A program made the translations under genes and the position numbers. The notes beneath the pieces are model-generated. The model saw only the letters and a program-made list of their open reading frames with translations. It was not told the origin of the DNA and did no database searches. Below are positions 1 through 12,374 of a stretch of 64,000 nt of DNA, piece by piece. The stretch is from Mobula hypostoma. Taxonomy: Eukaryota. The DNA lies in the NCBI RefSeq assembly GCF_963921235.1, contig NC_086108.1, positions 65,288,001 through 65,352,000 on the forward strand. Direction: 5' to 3'. Positions within the stretch are counted from its first letter, which is position 1, and the number at the start of each line of letters is the position of its first letter.

Positions 1-419
1 GTGATATTTTCTCAACAGTTTTGATATTTATTCTTTGAAGTTAAATATATTTTCTCTGAAGAATTCACTGTTTTTCAATCCTCATCCTTCCCTCAGCTCT
101 GATCATCATTTAGGGCAATACTTACAATTTTGCAAATATGGTCCTTTGTTTTTTATACAGTGTATTGTTTTGCTAAGCTAATTGAAGGATAACATTCAAA
201 GTTTAGTTTAATACCATATCCACAAGTGCAATGAAAAATTTCCTTGCAGCAACATGACATGAAGAATCAAAGCAGCAATCACACACAAAAAAAATCAAGT
301 GATACTCCATTTTTTTATATATACAAAAGAACACAATTAGAACAAAAAGTCAATTTCAGTGCAAAGTGATGATAGTTTTGCTAAAATGTAATGATTTTGG
401 TTTTACCAGTTGGTTCAAG

Positions 420-770
420 AATGGAATGGTTGAAGAGAAGTACCTGTCTTGGAACATGGTGGTATGAGACCTCAGACTTTTGTGCCTCTTGCCTGATTGT
501 AGCTGTAAAAGCAAGCGCATGGTCTTAATGGTGGGATCTTTGATGACAGATGTTGCCTACTTGAGGCATTACCTCATGTAGACACTACCAATAGTGGGGA
601 GATGATGTGTTGGATTGAGAAGAGTATTTTTTTATGTATATACAGCTCCTTACATTTCTGTACATTCAAACTGCCAAACCAGACCATGATGCAGGCAGTT
701 AGGATATTTTCAATGGTATGAAGTTTGTTTGTGCATACAGTGACAAGTCAAACCTCCAAAAAAAAAAGAT
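420..770 (-). mobile_element. Degenerate Rex1/Babar LINE 3' fragment
   Basis: Reverse complement resembles the Rex1 3' region at about 51300-51560. Confidence 0.5.
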
Positions 771-1991
771 GCTGGTACACTTTCTTTATGATTGCATGTA
801 TGTGCTGGTTCTAGTAATGGTGTCAACTCTTTTCTCTCCAATTAACATAGCCTGGCCTGTATCTACATGCCAGAAAACATTATTGAACTCCTCAACAATT
901 TGTATACTGTTTTCTCATTGGCTGACCAGTCTCAGCACACAGTCCTCTCACAAGTTGAGCAAATGTGAATAAAATGGCCATAATCTGCAAGTAAATGTTA
1001 AGTTGCTAACTTATCACACCTATAACCGGCACACCAATTTTGAGTTGGAGAGCTGGGAAGGTTTAGGCATAAAAGGGAGACACTGCTAGCGGAGCACTCA
1101 TTGACAGAGTAGTCTGAGGCAGAGTGGTAGGGCTTTGGCTCATTCGGGCTTCGGCGAGGAAAGTGGGTAAATGCACTTCATTTTTTTTTCCTTGCATTTT
1201 TTTTCTGGAGGGAAGAGAGCATGTCTGTATGGTTAGTACTTTGCACTGGGTGTCAGATGTGGGAATCCTGGGAACCTTCCAGTCTCCTAGATGGCCACAT
1301 CTGTGCCAGGTGCACCAAGCTGAAGCTTCTGAGAGACCGTGTTAGGCTCCTGATGACCTACAGCTTATTAAGGAAAGTGAGCAGGATATAAATAGAAACT
1401 ACAAGGAGTTAGTCATGCTGAGGCTGCAGGAGTTAGACAAGTGGGTGACTGTCAGGAAAGGGAAGGCTCAGATAGTAGAGAGCACCCTTCTGGCCATCCC
1501 CCTCAGTAATTGTTATCTCATTTTGGATGCTGTTGAGGGGGAAAACCTGACAAAGGACGACCACAGCAATCGGGTCTCTGCCATTGAGCCTGGTTTTGTG
1601 GTGTGGAAAGGAGGGAAGATGATGAGGAATGCGGTAGTCATAGGGGATTCAATAGTGGGGGGAACAGACAGGAGGGTCTGTCAGCCTGATAGAGACACCC
1701 GCATGGTATGTTGCCTCCCAGCTGCCAGGGCACAGATGTCTCGGATCGGGTGCAGAGTATTCTGAAGGGAGAAGGTGAACAGCCAGAAATCTTGGTACAT
1801 GTTGGTACCAATGACATAGGTAGAAAAAAGGGAGGAGGTCCTGAAGAGAGAATTCAGTGAGTTGGGTAGGAAGCTGAAAAGTAGGACCTCCAGAGCAGCA
1901 ATCTCAGGATTGCTGCCTGTGCCACATCATAACAAGTGCAAGAATAGCATGATCAGGCATATTAATGCATGGCTGAGAGACTGGTGTAAGG

Positions 1992-3177
1992 TAGCGGTCC
2001 CCGACCACCGGGCTGCGAGGAAACGATATGATTTGGCGATATGAGTCAGCTGCACCTTTCCTCATTCCGTCACGCACTGTTGAACTTGAACGCACGCGAG
2101 GTCATTACGCACGCGTCATCGATGTCAGCCAGGAAGGAGATCAACTCCTCGAGTTTGCAAATGACGGCGGGCTGAAAAGTATGTTTGACATAACATCTCT
2201 GCCAGCATTCTGGATCAAAGTCAAGGCTAAATATCCTGAGATAGCCACGAAAGCACTGAGAACGTTGCTTCCATTTCCAACATATCTCTGCAATGAATAC
2301 AACGAAAACTAAATTGCGGAATAGACTGGACATAAGGAACCCCCTTCGAGTATCGCTGTCTCCCATCATCCCTCGATGGGACTGTCTTATTGCAGGGAAA
2401 CAAGCCCAGGGCTCCCACTGATTCAGCGATATTGGTGTGTTGCAATGATTTTATATGTTTATAACGGGGAAAATATGTGCTGTGTGTTTAATATCCAAAT
2501 GTTACTTAAAATGTTATGATGCTATTGACTTATAAGTGACTTATATAACCATATAACAATTACAGCATGGAAACAGGCCATCTCTGCCCTTCTAGTCCGT
2601 GCCGAACACTACTCTCACCTAGTCCCACCGACCTGCACTCAAGCCCATAACCCTCCATTCCTTTCCTGTCCATATACCTATCCAACTTTTCTTTAAGTGA
2701 TAATATCGAACCTGCCTCTACCACTTCTACTGGAAGTTCGTTCAACACTTACTTCAAGCTCCCCTGTCCTCCCCTGATAATTGACTTATCACTATATTTA
2801 TGCGAGGAAATTATGTGCTGTGTGTTTAATATTAAATTTGTTAGATAAACCATTTTAGAAACGAAATTGAGTGTATTAGCCACTTATCACCTATATTCCG
2901 GTCGTGATTAACCCCTCCCCCCGAACAGAGTCGCCAAAAACAATTTGTAGAAAAAAATCAGCACGTACACACATGCCCAAGTCACACATGTGCACACAGG
3001 TGCCTGCGCAAGGCTTCATGGTCATGGTAGTCTTTCTTGGGGTAACCACAGCGTATTTGACTGCTACTCTTGTCCGTTGACAACCCTACCCCCACCCCCA
3101 CCCCTGGGCCAGCCGGTCCGCAAGAATATTGTCAATAATAACCCAGTCCGCGGTGCAAGAAAGGTTGGGGACACCTG
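1992..3177 (+). mobile_element. Non-autonomous hAT (Charlie/Buster-like) element with transposase C-terminal remnant
   Basis: TIRs (t)AGCGGTCCCCGACC / GGTTGGGGACACCTG and 8-bp TSD GTGTAAGG (1984-1991, 3178-3185). The remnant LPAFWIKVKAKYPEIATKALRTLLPFPT...LRNRLDI...KQAQGSH* is the hAT dimerization domain. Confidence 0.9.
2543..2748 (-). mobile_element. CR1 3' end fragment inside the hAT element
   Basis: ELPVEVVEAGSILSLKEKLDRYMDRKGMEGYG is a CR1 ORF2 C-terminus, followed by a 3'UTR and a short tandem tail. Confidence 0.8.
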
Positions 3178-4244
3178 GTGTAAGGGGCAGGGCTTCGGGT
3201 TCCACCTAAAGTCCAATATCCAAGCAGGCAGGTTTAATAGAACTGTTTGGGAGAGTTTAAACTAATTTGGCAGGGAGATGGGAACCGGAGTGATAGGGCT
3301 GAGGAAAGGGAGAACAGAAGTAAATCAGAGATAGCGTGCAACAGGGATGATAGAAAGGACAGGCAGGAGATGAGGCATAATCACAGCCAGTGGGATGAGT
3401 TACAGGGCAATAGAGGCATGGTACAATTAAAACAGAAAGCAACAAATACTGGACAGAAAATGTTATATTTGAATGCATGCAGCATAAGAGATAAAATGGA
3501 CGATCTTGAAGTTCAGCTACAGATTGGCAAGTATGACGCTGTGGCCATCTCTGAAACTTGGCTAAAGAATGGCTGTCATTGGGAGTCCAAGGATATACGG
3601 CGTATCAGAAAAATAGGTTAGTAGGCAGAGGGGGTGGCGTGGCTCTGTGTATAAGAAATAATTTAAGTCATTAGCAAGGGAGGACATAGGATCGGAAGGT
3701 GTAGAGTCTCTATGGGTAGAGTTAAGAAATGGCAAGGGTAAAAGGACCTCAATGGCATTTGTATACAGGCCTCTAAACAGTAGCTGGCATGTGGATTACA
3801 AATTACAGTAGGAGATAGTAAAGGTGTGTCAGATGGGCAATATCATGTTATTCGTTGGGGATTTTAACATGAAAGTGGATTGGGAAAACTAGACCAGTAC
3901 TGGACCTCAAAAGAGAGAGTTTGTAGAATGTCTGATGGATGGCTTTTTAGAACAGCTTGTTGTTGAGCACACTAGGGGATCAGCTGTGCTGGATCGGGTG
4001 TTGTGCAATGATTCAGAGGTGATAAGAGAGCTCAAGGTTAAGGAACCCTTAGGGAACAGTATGATTGAATTCACTTTGAAATTTGAGAAGCAGAAACTAA
4101 ATTCCAATACGTTAGTATTTAGTGGAAAAAAGGAAATTACAATGGCATGAGAGGGGAACTGGCCAAGGTTGAATGGAAAGGGCACTAGCAGGAAGGACAA
4201 CAGCGCAGCAATGGCTGGAGTTTCTGCGAAAAATGAAGGAAGTG

Positions 4245-5007
4245 CAGCGGTCCCCAACCACCAAGCCGCAAAGCATGTACTACTGGGCCGCAAGGAAACG
4301 ATATGAGTCAGCTGCACCTTTCCTCATTCCCGGTCACGCACTGTTGAACTTGAACATAGGGTTGCCAACTGTCCCGTGTTTGCCGGGTCATCCCATATAT
4401 TGGGCTAAATTGGTTTGTCCCATACGGGATTACCCTTATCCCGTATTTCCCCCGCTAAGAGTGTTCCTATGAAACCTTTCGTGCCGAAATGGCATAAAGC
4501 AAAGAAGCAATTACCATTAATTTATACGGGAAAAATTTTTGAGAGTTCCCAGACCCAGAAAATAACCTATCAAATCATGCCAAATAACACATAAAACCGA
4601 AAATAACACTAACATATAGTAAAAGCAGGAATATGATAGATACACAGCCTATATGAAGTAGAAATAATGTAGGTACAGTATAGTTGGGAAGATTAAGCCA
4701 AAAACGATTTTTGGGAAAAAGAATCGGCACGTATGCACATGCGCAGGTCGCGCATGCGCACATAGGTGCCCACGCAAGGCTTCATGGTCATGGTAGTCTT
4801 TCTCGGGGTAAAGACAAGTGTTCCGGGATTTGACTGCTACTTTTGTCCCTTATTTGGGAGTGAGAAAGTTGGCAACCCTAACTGTAAAAGACATGTTTAG
4901 GTGAGTTTCACCCTACTTAACTCCACCCCCCCAACAGCTTGGCCGGTCCGCAAGAATATTGTCAATATTAAACCGGTTCGCGGTGCAAAAAAGGTTGGGG
5001 ATCCCTG
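4245..5007 (+). mobile_element. Non-autonomous hAT element of the same family, with an inner TIR pair
   Basis: Outer TIRs CAGCGGTCCCCAACC / GGTTGGGGATCCCTG. Both ends are shared with 1992-3177. Inner perfect 14-bp TIR TAGGGTTGCCAACT at 4357-4370 and 4867-4880. No TSD. Confidence 0.85.
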
Positions 5008-6891
5008 TTGTACTGGATGACTGGAAAAATTACATATATTACTCTGCTATTTAAGGGTGGGAGGCAGCAGAGAGGAAACTATAGACCTGTTAGTCTGACA
5101 CCAGTGGTTGGTAAATTGTTGAAATTGATTGTTAGGGATGAGATTACAGAGTACCTAGAAGCACATGACAAGATAGGCAAAAGCCAGCATGGTTTTCTGA
5201 AAGGAAAATCCTGCCTGACTAACCTACGACAATTTTTGAGGAAATTACAAGCAGGGTAAACAAAGGAGATGCAGTAGGTATGGTGTACTTGGATTTTCAG
5301 AAGGCCTTTGACAAGGTGCCGCACATGAGGCTGCAGAGCAAGATAAGATCCCATGGAATTACAGGGAAGTTACTAGCATGGTGGAGCATTGGCTGATCCG
5401 CAGAAAACAGAGTGGGAATAAAGGGATCCTATTCTGGCTGGCTGCCAGTTACCAGTGGAATCGGGACTACCGCTTTTTACGACGTATGCCAATGATTTGG
5501 ACTATGGGATTAATGGATTTATGGCTAAATTTGCCAATAATATGAAGATAGGTGGAGGAGCGGGTAGTGTTGAGGAAATAGAGAGCCTGCAGAGAGACAT
5601 AGATAGTTTAGGGGAATGGGCAAAGAAGTGGTAAGTGAAATACAATGTTGGAAAGTGCATGGTCATGCACTTTGGTGGAAGAAATAAATGTGCCGACTAT
5701 TATTTAGATGGGGAGAGAATTCAAAATGCAGAGATGCAAAGGGAGTTGGGAGTCCTTGTGCAGGATGCCCGAAAGGTTAACCTCCAGGTTGAGTCGGTGG
5801 TGAAGACGACAAATGCAATGTTGGCATTCATTTCTATAGGTATAGAATATATGAGCAGGGTTGTGATGTTGAGGCTCTATAAGGCACTTGTGAGACCACA
5901 CTTGGAGTATTGTGTGCAGTTTTGGGCTCCTTATTTTAGAAAGGATAAACTGACATTGGAGAGGGTTCAGAGAAGATTCACGAGAATGATTCCAGGAATG
6001 AAAGGGTTACCATATGAGGAACGGCTGGCAGCTCTTGGGTTGTATTCCCTGGAGTTCAGGAGAATGGGCAGGGGGGGGGAATCTCAAATTAAACATTCGA
6101 ATGTTAAAAGGTCCGAACAGATTAGATATGGCAAAGTTATTTCCCATGGTAGGGGAGTACAGGTCAAGAGGGCACGACTTCAGGATTGAAGGACGCACAT
6201 TTAGAACAGAGAAGCGGAGAAATTACTTTAGTCAGAGGGTAGTATATCTGTGGAATTTGTTGCCACGAGCGGCTGTGAAGGCCAAGACATTGGACACATT
6301 TAAGGCAGAGATAGATACGTTCTTGATTAGCCAGGGCATCAAAGGGTATGTGGAGAGGCAGAGGAGTGGGAATGACTGGTAGAATTGGATCAGCCCATGA
6401 TTGAATGGTGGAGCACTCGATGGGCTGAATAGCCTACTTCTGCTCCTATATCTTATGGTCTTATTATTCTTCTTCATGGCTTTTGGTGTTTTGTTTTTAA
6501 AGTGAAATTTTGTTTCCCCCGAGCCAGGAGTGCTATACCAAGAGCACTTAGTGGGGCAGTACTAAGTAAGCAACATAGCAGTGTAATTATCCAAATGATA
6601 TTTTACTGTGTTTCTTGGACATGACATATCTGAGTAATTTCCCATGTAACTGTATTACAACAGCATAGATAAGGGCACATCAAATTCTGTATTACACTTG
6701 GCAAGTTGTCAAGGCCTTTTTTAAAAATATATATCTATAGTATGAACTAAGTTTGTTAAAAATAGCTTCCATGTCTTTAATAAACCTGAAATAAGTAAAT
6801 CTCAATGATTGTAAGAGCCTAAGGAGGATGCCAAGATGAATAATCCACTGAGAACTATTGGCTACAGGTGCGTGATTCCTTCTTATGCATG

Positions 6892-7592
6892 TGTAAGGGG
6901 GGGTCGGCTCTTATGTTACTGTGTAGGCTAATTAAAATGGCTTCTTTGTTATGTTATACTTGGGAATGCTTCTTTGTTATGTTAAACGCTGAGAAAATTC
7001 TTCCCGCTAGTAGTTTGTTGAATCACTTTACTGATAAGAAGATGTTATGAACCAATTGGGATAGTTATGTTTTTGGTGTATTTGAAGACACTGTATGCGT
7101 GGGGTTTTGAGGCAGAAGGCGGGAGAGAGAGACAGAGGATGGACCAGGTGCTGTGATGTCCGCTAATGGGGTCAGACCCCGAGGAGGGCGTTCGGCGAGG
7201 AGATGGAGATGGACTCCTGTGGAGCGTCTGGTCGACCACCGTTGTTGGTCCCAGGCAGCCAGTCGAGGTGGTCCAAGGGGTCGCAGGGTGAAGAAGGTTC
7301 TTGAGCTCTAACTGTTTGGTGCACAAAGAGATTGAACTTTGATAAGTGTGGCGCCTTTTATTTTCCTTTTATATTTTCTTCTCTATTAATTATATAGTTC
7401 CAGTAATATCTATAAACTGTAAATCATTTAATCGTATCTGGTGTATTGTCTGTTATTTGGGCGGGGTGGGGTACATCACACAGCATCCACACAAACTAAT
7501 TACCCAGTTTGACGGGGCCGAGGGTTGTTTTCCTAGACGACAGCGAGCCGAGTGACCCTGAGGCTGGCCGGGGGGGGGGGGGGTGCACTACA
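6892..7592. mobile_element. Solo LTR (701 bp)
   Basis: TGTA...TACA termini, 4-bp TSD CATG (6888-6891, 7593-7596), GC/CpG-richer than the flanks. Confidence 0.8.
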
Positions 7593-9345
7593 CATGGGTA
7601 CTGGGCAGAGAGAGGAAGACGCTAGGCCTTGGCCTGGGCCTACAATTCTTCCACTTGCCCAATTGTAAAGGCCAGATCAGTTCTGAATTTCTCATTTGCA
7701 CACTGCTGCTCTACAGAATGCTAGTCTACTCAAAATACTGAGCATCCTCAAAGTGAAGATTTTAGGCTAAAACAGTATCAGAAAGTGATTATAACAATGC
7801 ATTAATTAGCATTACCTATTAATTTACAAAAAGATTAAGTTGCAAGCAGAAGAGATAAACTACGTATGTATATGAATTTATGCCAAACTGCTGAAAAGTA
7901 TACACCAATCCACCGTTATGATTACCAAAACTAATAATTTCCTTCTCGCCATGAGGCTCTCCATTTGAACTTAATTGCAAACATGGAATTGCTAGTTTTA
8001 TGATGTTATTAATAATTATTGCTGATGTAATTTAAGATTGATAATATTCTCAGGATGCTAAAGTTGGAGTTACTGTTAATGATGTTATTTATGATTGTGA
8101 CATGCCATTCAAGAAAGCCACCAAGCTACATAGTCCCACTCTAGGTGTTGAATACAGTATTTCTATCAGAACTCTTAAGTAATTTTCATCAGCTTTCCAA
8201 TTCATACAACTGTTAATGATAGAAAACAATTACTTCAGAATGCAAAGCAATTTTAACAACAAGGAGGGATTCATTGAAATACAACTTTGATAAATTTCTT
8301 GCCAAAACTAACAATTGGGACATGACGCAAGTGTTACATACTTAAGAGGAAGAAAAAAAAAGGGGGAGCTTCTAAACCACTGGTTCTTAATATTCTACAA
8401 CTGGGCTTTTTTCTTTCTCTCAGAGTCTGTTTCAGTCAAACCAGTGTAGATTAATTGCTATAGTTAGCCATTGATTCCATTACCATTGCAGAATGTAACC
8501 TACTGAATGGTAAAAGGTAAAACCAGATGTGGAACTAGCATGACCCTTCATTAGAACTAACAATTCTAATGCTCATATCAAAACAATGCAATGATTTAAC
8601 TGCTTCTAATAGTTCTTTACTCCATAGATTAGGAAAATTAGCATGCTACGGCATTCACTCATTAGTTTGTCAAGGACCAGTACAGCCACATGAGTTACAA
8701 TATTCTACTATGTTTTACCATTTTAGTCTTCTCTTATTTTTCTTTGGTTTATGCTTCTTTCTTTGGATCCTCTCATCCATATTGTCTCAAATTTTCTACT
8801 TTTCTTTTTCCATCTTTTAGTTTTTTTTTCTATCTTTTCCTTCATTTGTTTAAAAAAGATAGAAAAATATGTTCAAATAGTTCCAGTTGTGACATTGGTG
8901 TTATTGTGTCATTAACAGATCAATGTTGTAGAAATTTCCAAAACAAATATAATGGCAAGTTAAATATGCCTTTAGTGCAAAAGTTGCAATTGTACAATTT
9001 TCTGGCGCTATATTCGATTGCCTCAGAGTATTATTGCATTATTTTGAAAGCTTAATTGTGCTGTATTGATTACAGCACAGGTACATTTCCTCTTTTCTTT
9101 CCTTTCTTGTTGATCAATCACTGTCATCTGGACAAGCCTTAGTTTGAGAACTACAGAACCACTTCATTAATGGAGTACTGATACAGCATGAATTAAAAAC
9201 ATTAAATTTCCCTGCTTAATATCCAAAATATGAAGGTTAGTTAAAAGGACACTAACTCCTGGAACGTTCTTATCAGTTTTGAGTTTTTGCTCACTATAAA
9301 TAAACTTTCTACAATAACTAAGAGAAAGACAAAGTCTATAAACTA

Positions 9346-9844
9346 CAAGGACTAATTGATAAGTTTGTGGCCTAAGGTAGAAGGAGTCAATTTTAGAAAA
9401 CCTAGCACATTTATTTTTCAACAGAGTCCCCTCCTACATTTACACACTTAGTCCTGCGGTTGTGGAGCATACAGATCTTGGACCTCCAGAAAGTGTCCAC
9501 AGCAGGGGTGATTGATAAGCTTGTAGCCTAAGGTAGAAGGAGATGAGTTATACAGCTCTTGTTACATGCACGTGCAGTTCAACTCTGTGTGAAAATGCAG
9601 AAAATTTGAAGTTAATAACTCATCTGCTTCTACCATAGGCCACGAACTTATCAATCACCCCTGCTGTGGACCACTTTCTGGAGGTCCAAAACGCTGACTT
9701 CTGCAAAGAAGGGATCCCTATGCTCCACGACCACTGGACTAAGTGTGTAAATGTAGGAGGGGACTATGTTGAAAAATAAATGTGCTAGGTTTTCTAACAT
9801 TGACTCCTTCTACCTTACGCCACGAACTTCTGAATCACCCCTCG
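9346..9844. mobile_element. Mariner-derived palindromic MITE
   Basis: Long inverted arms, TA at 9344-9345, and a second internal TIR pair (about 9505-9550 / 9615-9661). 9699-9779 encodes FCKEGIPMLHDHWTKCVNVGGDYVEK*, a mariner transposase C-terminus. Confidence 0.85.
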
Positions 9845-10033
9845 CATTTTGTTGCAAAGGTTTTTCCTAATGTTGTCATTTTTGAAAACGTATTTAAGGA
9901 GATTGATGCAAGATCTAAATTAAACTATGTTTTATTTGAAATGATCATCAAAAGTATGATAAATGGAACAGCCATGCCTTATGTCAGCCCGGCATAAGTC
10001 AGGCAAGCCAGAAAACAGTAGATGCAAAGTTCT

Positions 10034-10202
10034 TTTAAACGCAAACAACAGGAATTCTGCAGATGCTGGAAATTCAAGCAACACACATCAAAGTTGCTGG
10101 TGAATGCAGCAGGCCAGGCAGCATCTGTAGGAAGAGGTGCAGAGTGCACCTCTTCCTACAGATGCTGCCTGGCCTGCTGCGTTCACCAGCAACTTTGATG
10201 TG
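10034..10202. mobile_element. Penelope pLTR-derived fold-back insertion
   Basis: About 60-bp inverted arms centred near 10143, with 14-bp TSD AGATGCAAAGTTCT (10020-10033, 10203-10216). Confidence 0.85.
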
Positions 10203-12142
10203 AGATGCAAAGTTCTGCTCACTTTCTATGCTGACCAACAATTTATCACAAATCAAACTGAAAATGTCTGCTTCCATACATCAATCCAATAACTGGCTTT
10301 TCTCCAACTACATCAAGTCAGCCAATCTGAATATCACTTAACGGACATGTTCATGGAAGAAGTCTGTAGGCGAACTTTCCTTCCCCTGAATTGTATGGAA
10401 ATATGAGCAATGACAATCCTCATACACAGATTCAACAGTTTCTCAAACCGGGGTTGAGTTTTTCTTCATTAATCATAATTAGAGAAGAGAAAAGGAAGAC
10501 AACTAGGATTGCTGAAGAAAAATTTCAAATCAGAAACTTTGAACATTGAAGGAAACCATGCAGCTAGCCCTACAAGTGCTAGATCTTTGACAGGGCTTTT
10601 CAATTATGCCTCAAATATACATTTTTCTCTCTATTACCCTGAAGATAGCTTCCTTTTAATTCATGTCCAATTACATTTCATAAGTTGCCATGGAATCTGT
10701 TATCATCACAATTTCAAGTTTTGAAAAACTCACTAAGAATTTTAATAATCTTTTGCAATGTGGACATTTCTCTTTCTCTCCAGCTTGTCTGCTAATTTAC
10801 TATCTAACAGCAAGATAAAATTTTGAATCATATTTTCCCCCTGCATCCCCAAATAGAGCAATCCAAAATAAGGCTAAATGACAAATTTATTAAACATAGA
10901 CATGCCACCAATAATTCCCAAGATTGGTACTTCAAAACCTTAAGTTTTTTTCTAATCCTTAAGAAAACTGAAATTAAGAAAAAGTGTGCAATTTCAAACC
11001 TGAGGGAGGCTGGGTTTGCTTCAGCTTCCTAGATACTAAGGCTAGCACCTTGGCCAGTCCCAGCGCCAATCATCAATACATAGCTTCATAGTTATGTTTT
11101 CAGCAATAAGATTAGTGCCAAAATTGTGCTCATTTAATAGTGTCCATTTTGGAAGCAGACTATTTTGATTTTTGTTTTGGTTTGAATATATGTGATTTTT
11201 TTTCTCTCAGTAGGATCCATTTTAAATAAAGGGGAAAAAATCTGATTGGTTGGGGAGAGGGCTTGGGGAAAGCGAGACGTTTTATGCAAAAAGCACTTTA
11301 GCTTACATTCTAGTTGTATAAAAAATTAGAAATCGACTTACTGTAAGTAAATAACACATGTGATGCATAGCAAAAAAATGATCCAAGTCTTAATTTTAAA
11401 CAACCAATATTAGATGAGGGACATGATTCTCAGTGTCAAAATTCTCAACATTGATAGGTTAAAGATTCAAGTCTGACTACAGAGTATTATTAAAGAATTG
11501 CTGCACTGCAGTAGCCTTTCAGAAGGGATATTAAACCAAAGCCTCATTTGCCCTCCCAATAGAATGCCAAGGATCCATTTGCATTTTTTACCCAAGAAAA
11601 ATCAACCAATTCCCTTGTCACTCATAATATCTCACTATACTCAAATTGTGTGCTATGCTTCCTATATGACGGCTCTAACATTTGCTGCAAAGCATTTGGG
11701 ATGTGCCAGAGGAATGAAAGGCCTACATAAATACAGTTTATACTTCCTTTTCAGTTCATAATTTAATAGGCTATTTAGAATTGTCTGTTTACAAATGAGT
11801 TAATGGGTGGTTTTGAATGAACTTTAGAAATGATTAGATTAGGTGTGATGTAACAAATTATTCTTTCCAGTTTTCTGACAGGCATGAGTACTAAGAAGTG
11901 CTGTATGTTGCTACCAGCACAGATGTGTTCCACATATTCTTTTCTATTCATTTGTTCTTCTGGATTGGGAACATTGCTGGGGGCACTATTATGCCTCCCT
12001 AATTGTTACTTGAGAAGATGGTGACGAGAAGGCTTGAAGGTATCTGTAAGAGCTGACGGGGTGAACCCAAGTCACATAGGTCAGACCAGATAGATCTGTT
12101 CCTCTGAAGAATAGCTTTGAACTAGGTTGATGTTTCTGACAC

Positions 12143-12374
12143 TGTGGTAACTTCTACTTTGGAAAGGACCACTTGACAATTTCATGCCCAAAAGAACGAC
12201 TTCATCCAGAATGGCAAAACTGATATACATATACAGAGGCTTTCACTCACTCGTACAGCATGGCAGAGAAACTAGATACAGTGCACACCGGAAGTAAAAA
12301 GAACGGAAGTACCCCACTCCCCCATTATCGTAATTTAGTATTAACTTACTTTTAATAATGCTCACATTACAACA
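12143..12374 (-). repeat. Gypsy 3' LTR, preceded on the minus strand by a polypurine tract
   Basis: TG...CA on the minus strand. PPT AAAGGGGGAGAAC at about 12375-12387. Direct repeat of 16584-16793. Confidence 0.92.

Larger units (their letters stand above)
1060..6463 (+). mobile_element. CR1-type LINE, near full length but degraded, interrupted by two hAT derivatives
   Basis: ORF1 esterase motif VVIGDSIV, APE motifs (YLNA.SI, ISETW, GDFN), RT/C-terminal motifs (NYRPVSLT, QHGF, LVRPHLEYCVQFW), 3'UTR ending tcttatggtctt. Confidence 0.9.

Noticed and set aside
10765..10830. Strong plus-strand acceptor (tttctctccag) as a coding exon
   Set aside because: Stop codons follow shortly and no recognisable protein results.
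11050..11069. TTGGC...GCCAA as a full NFI site
   Set aside because: The spacer is 10 nt, not the canonical 5.
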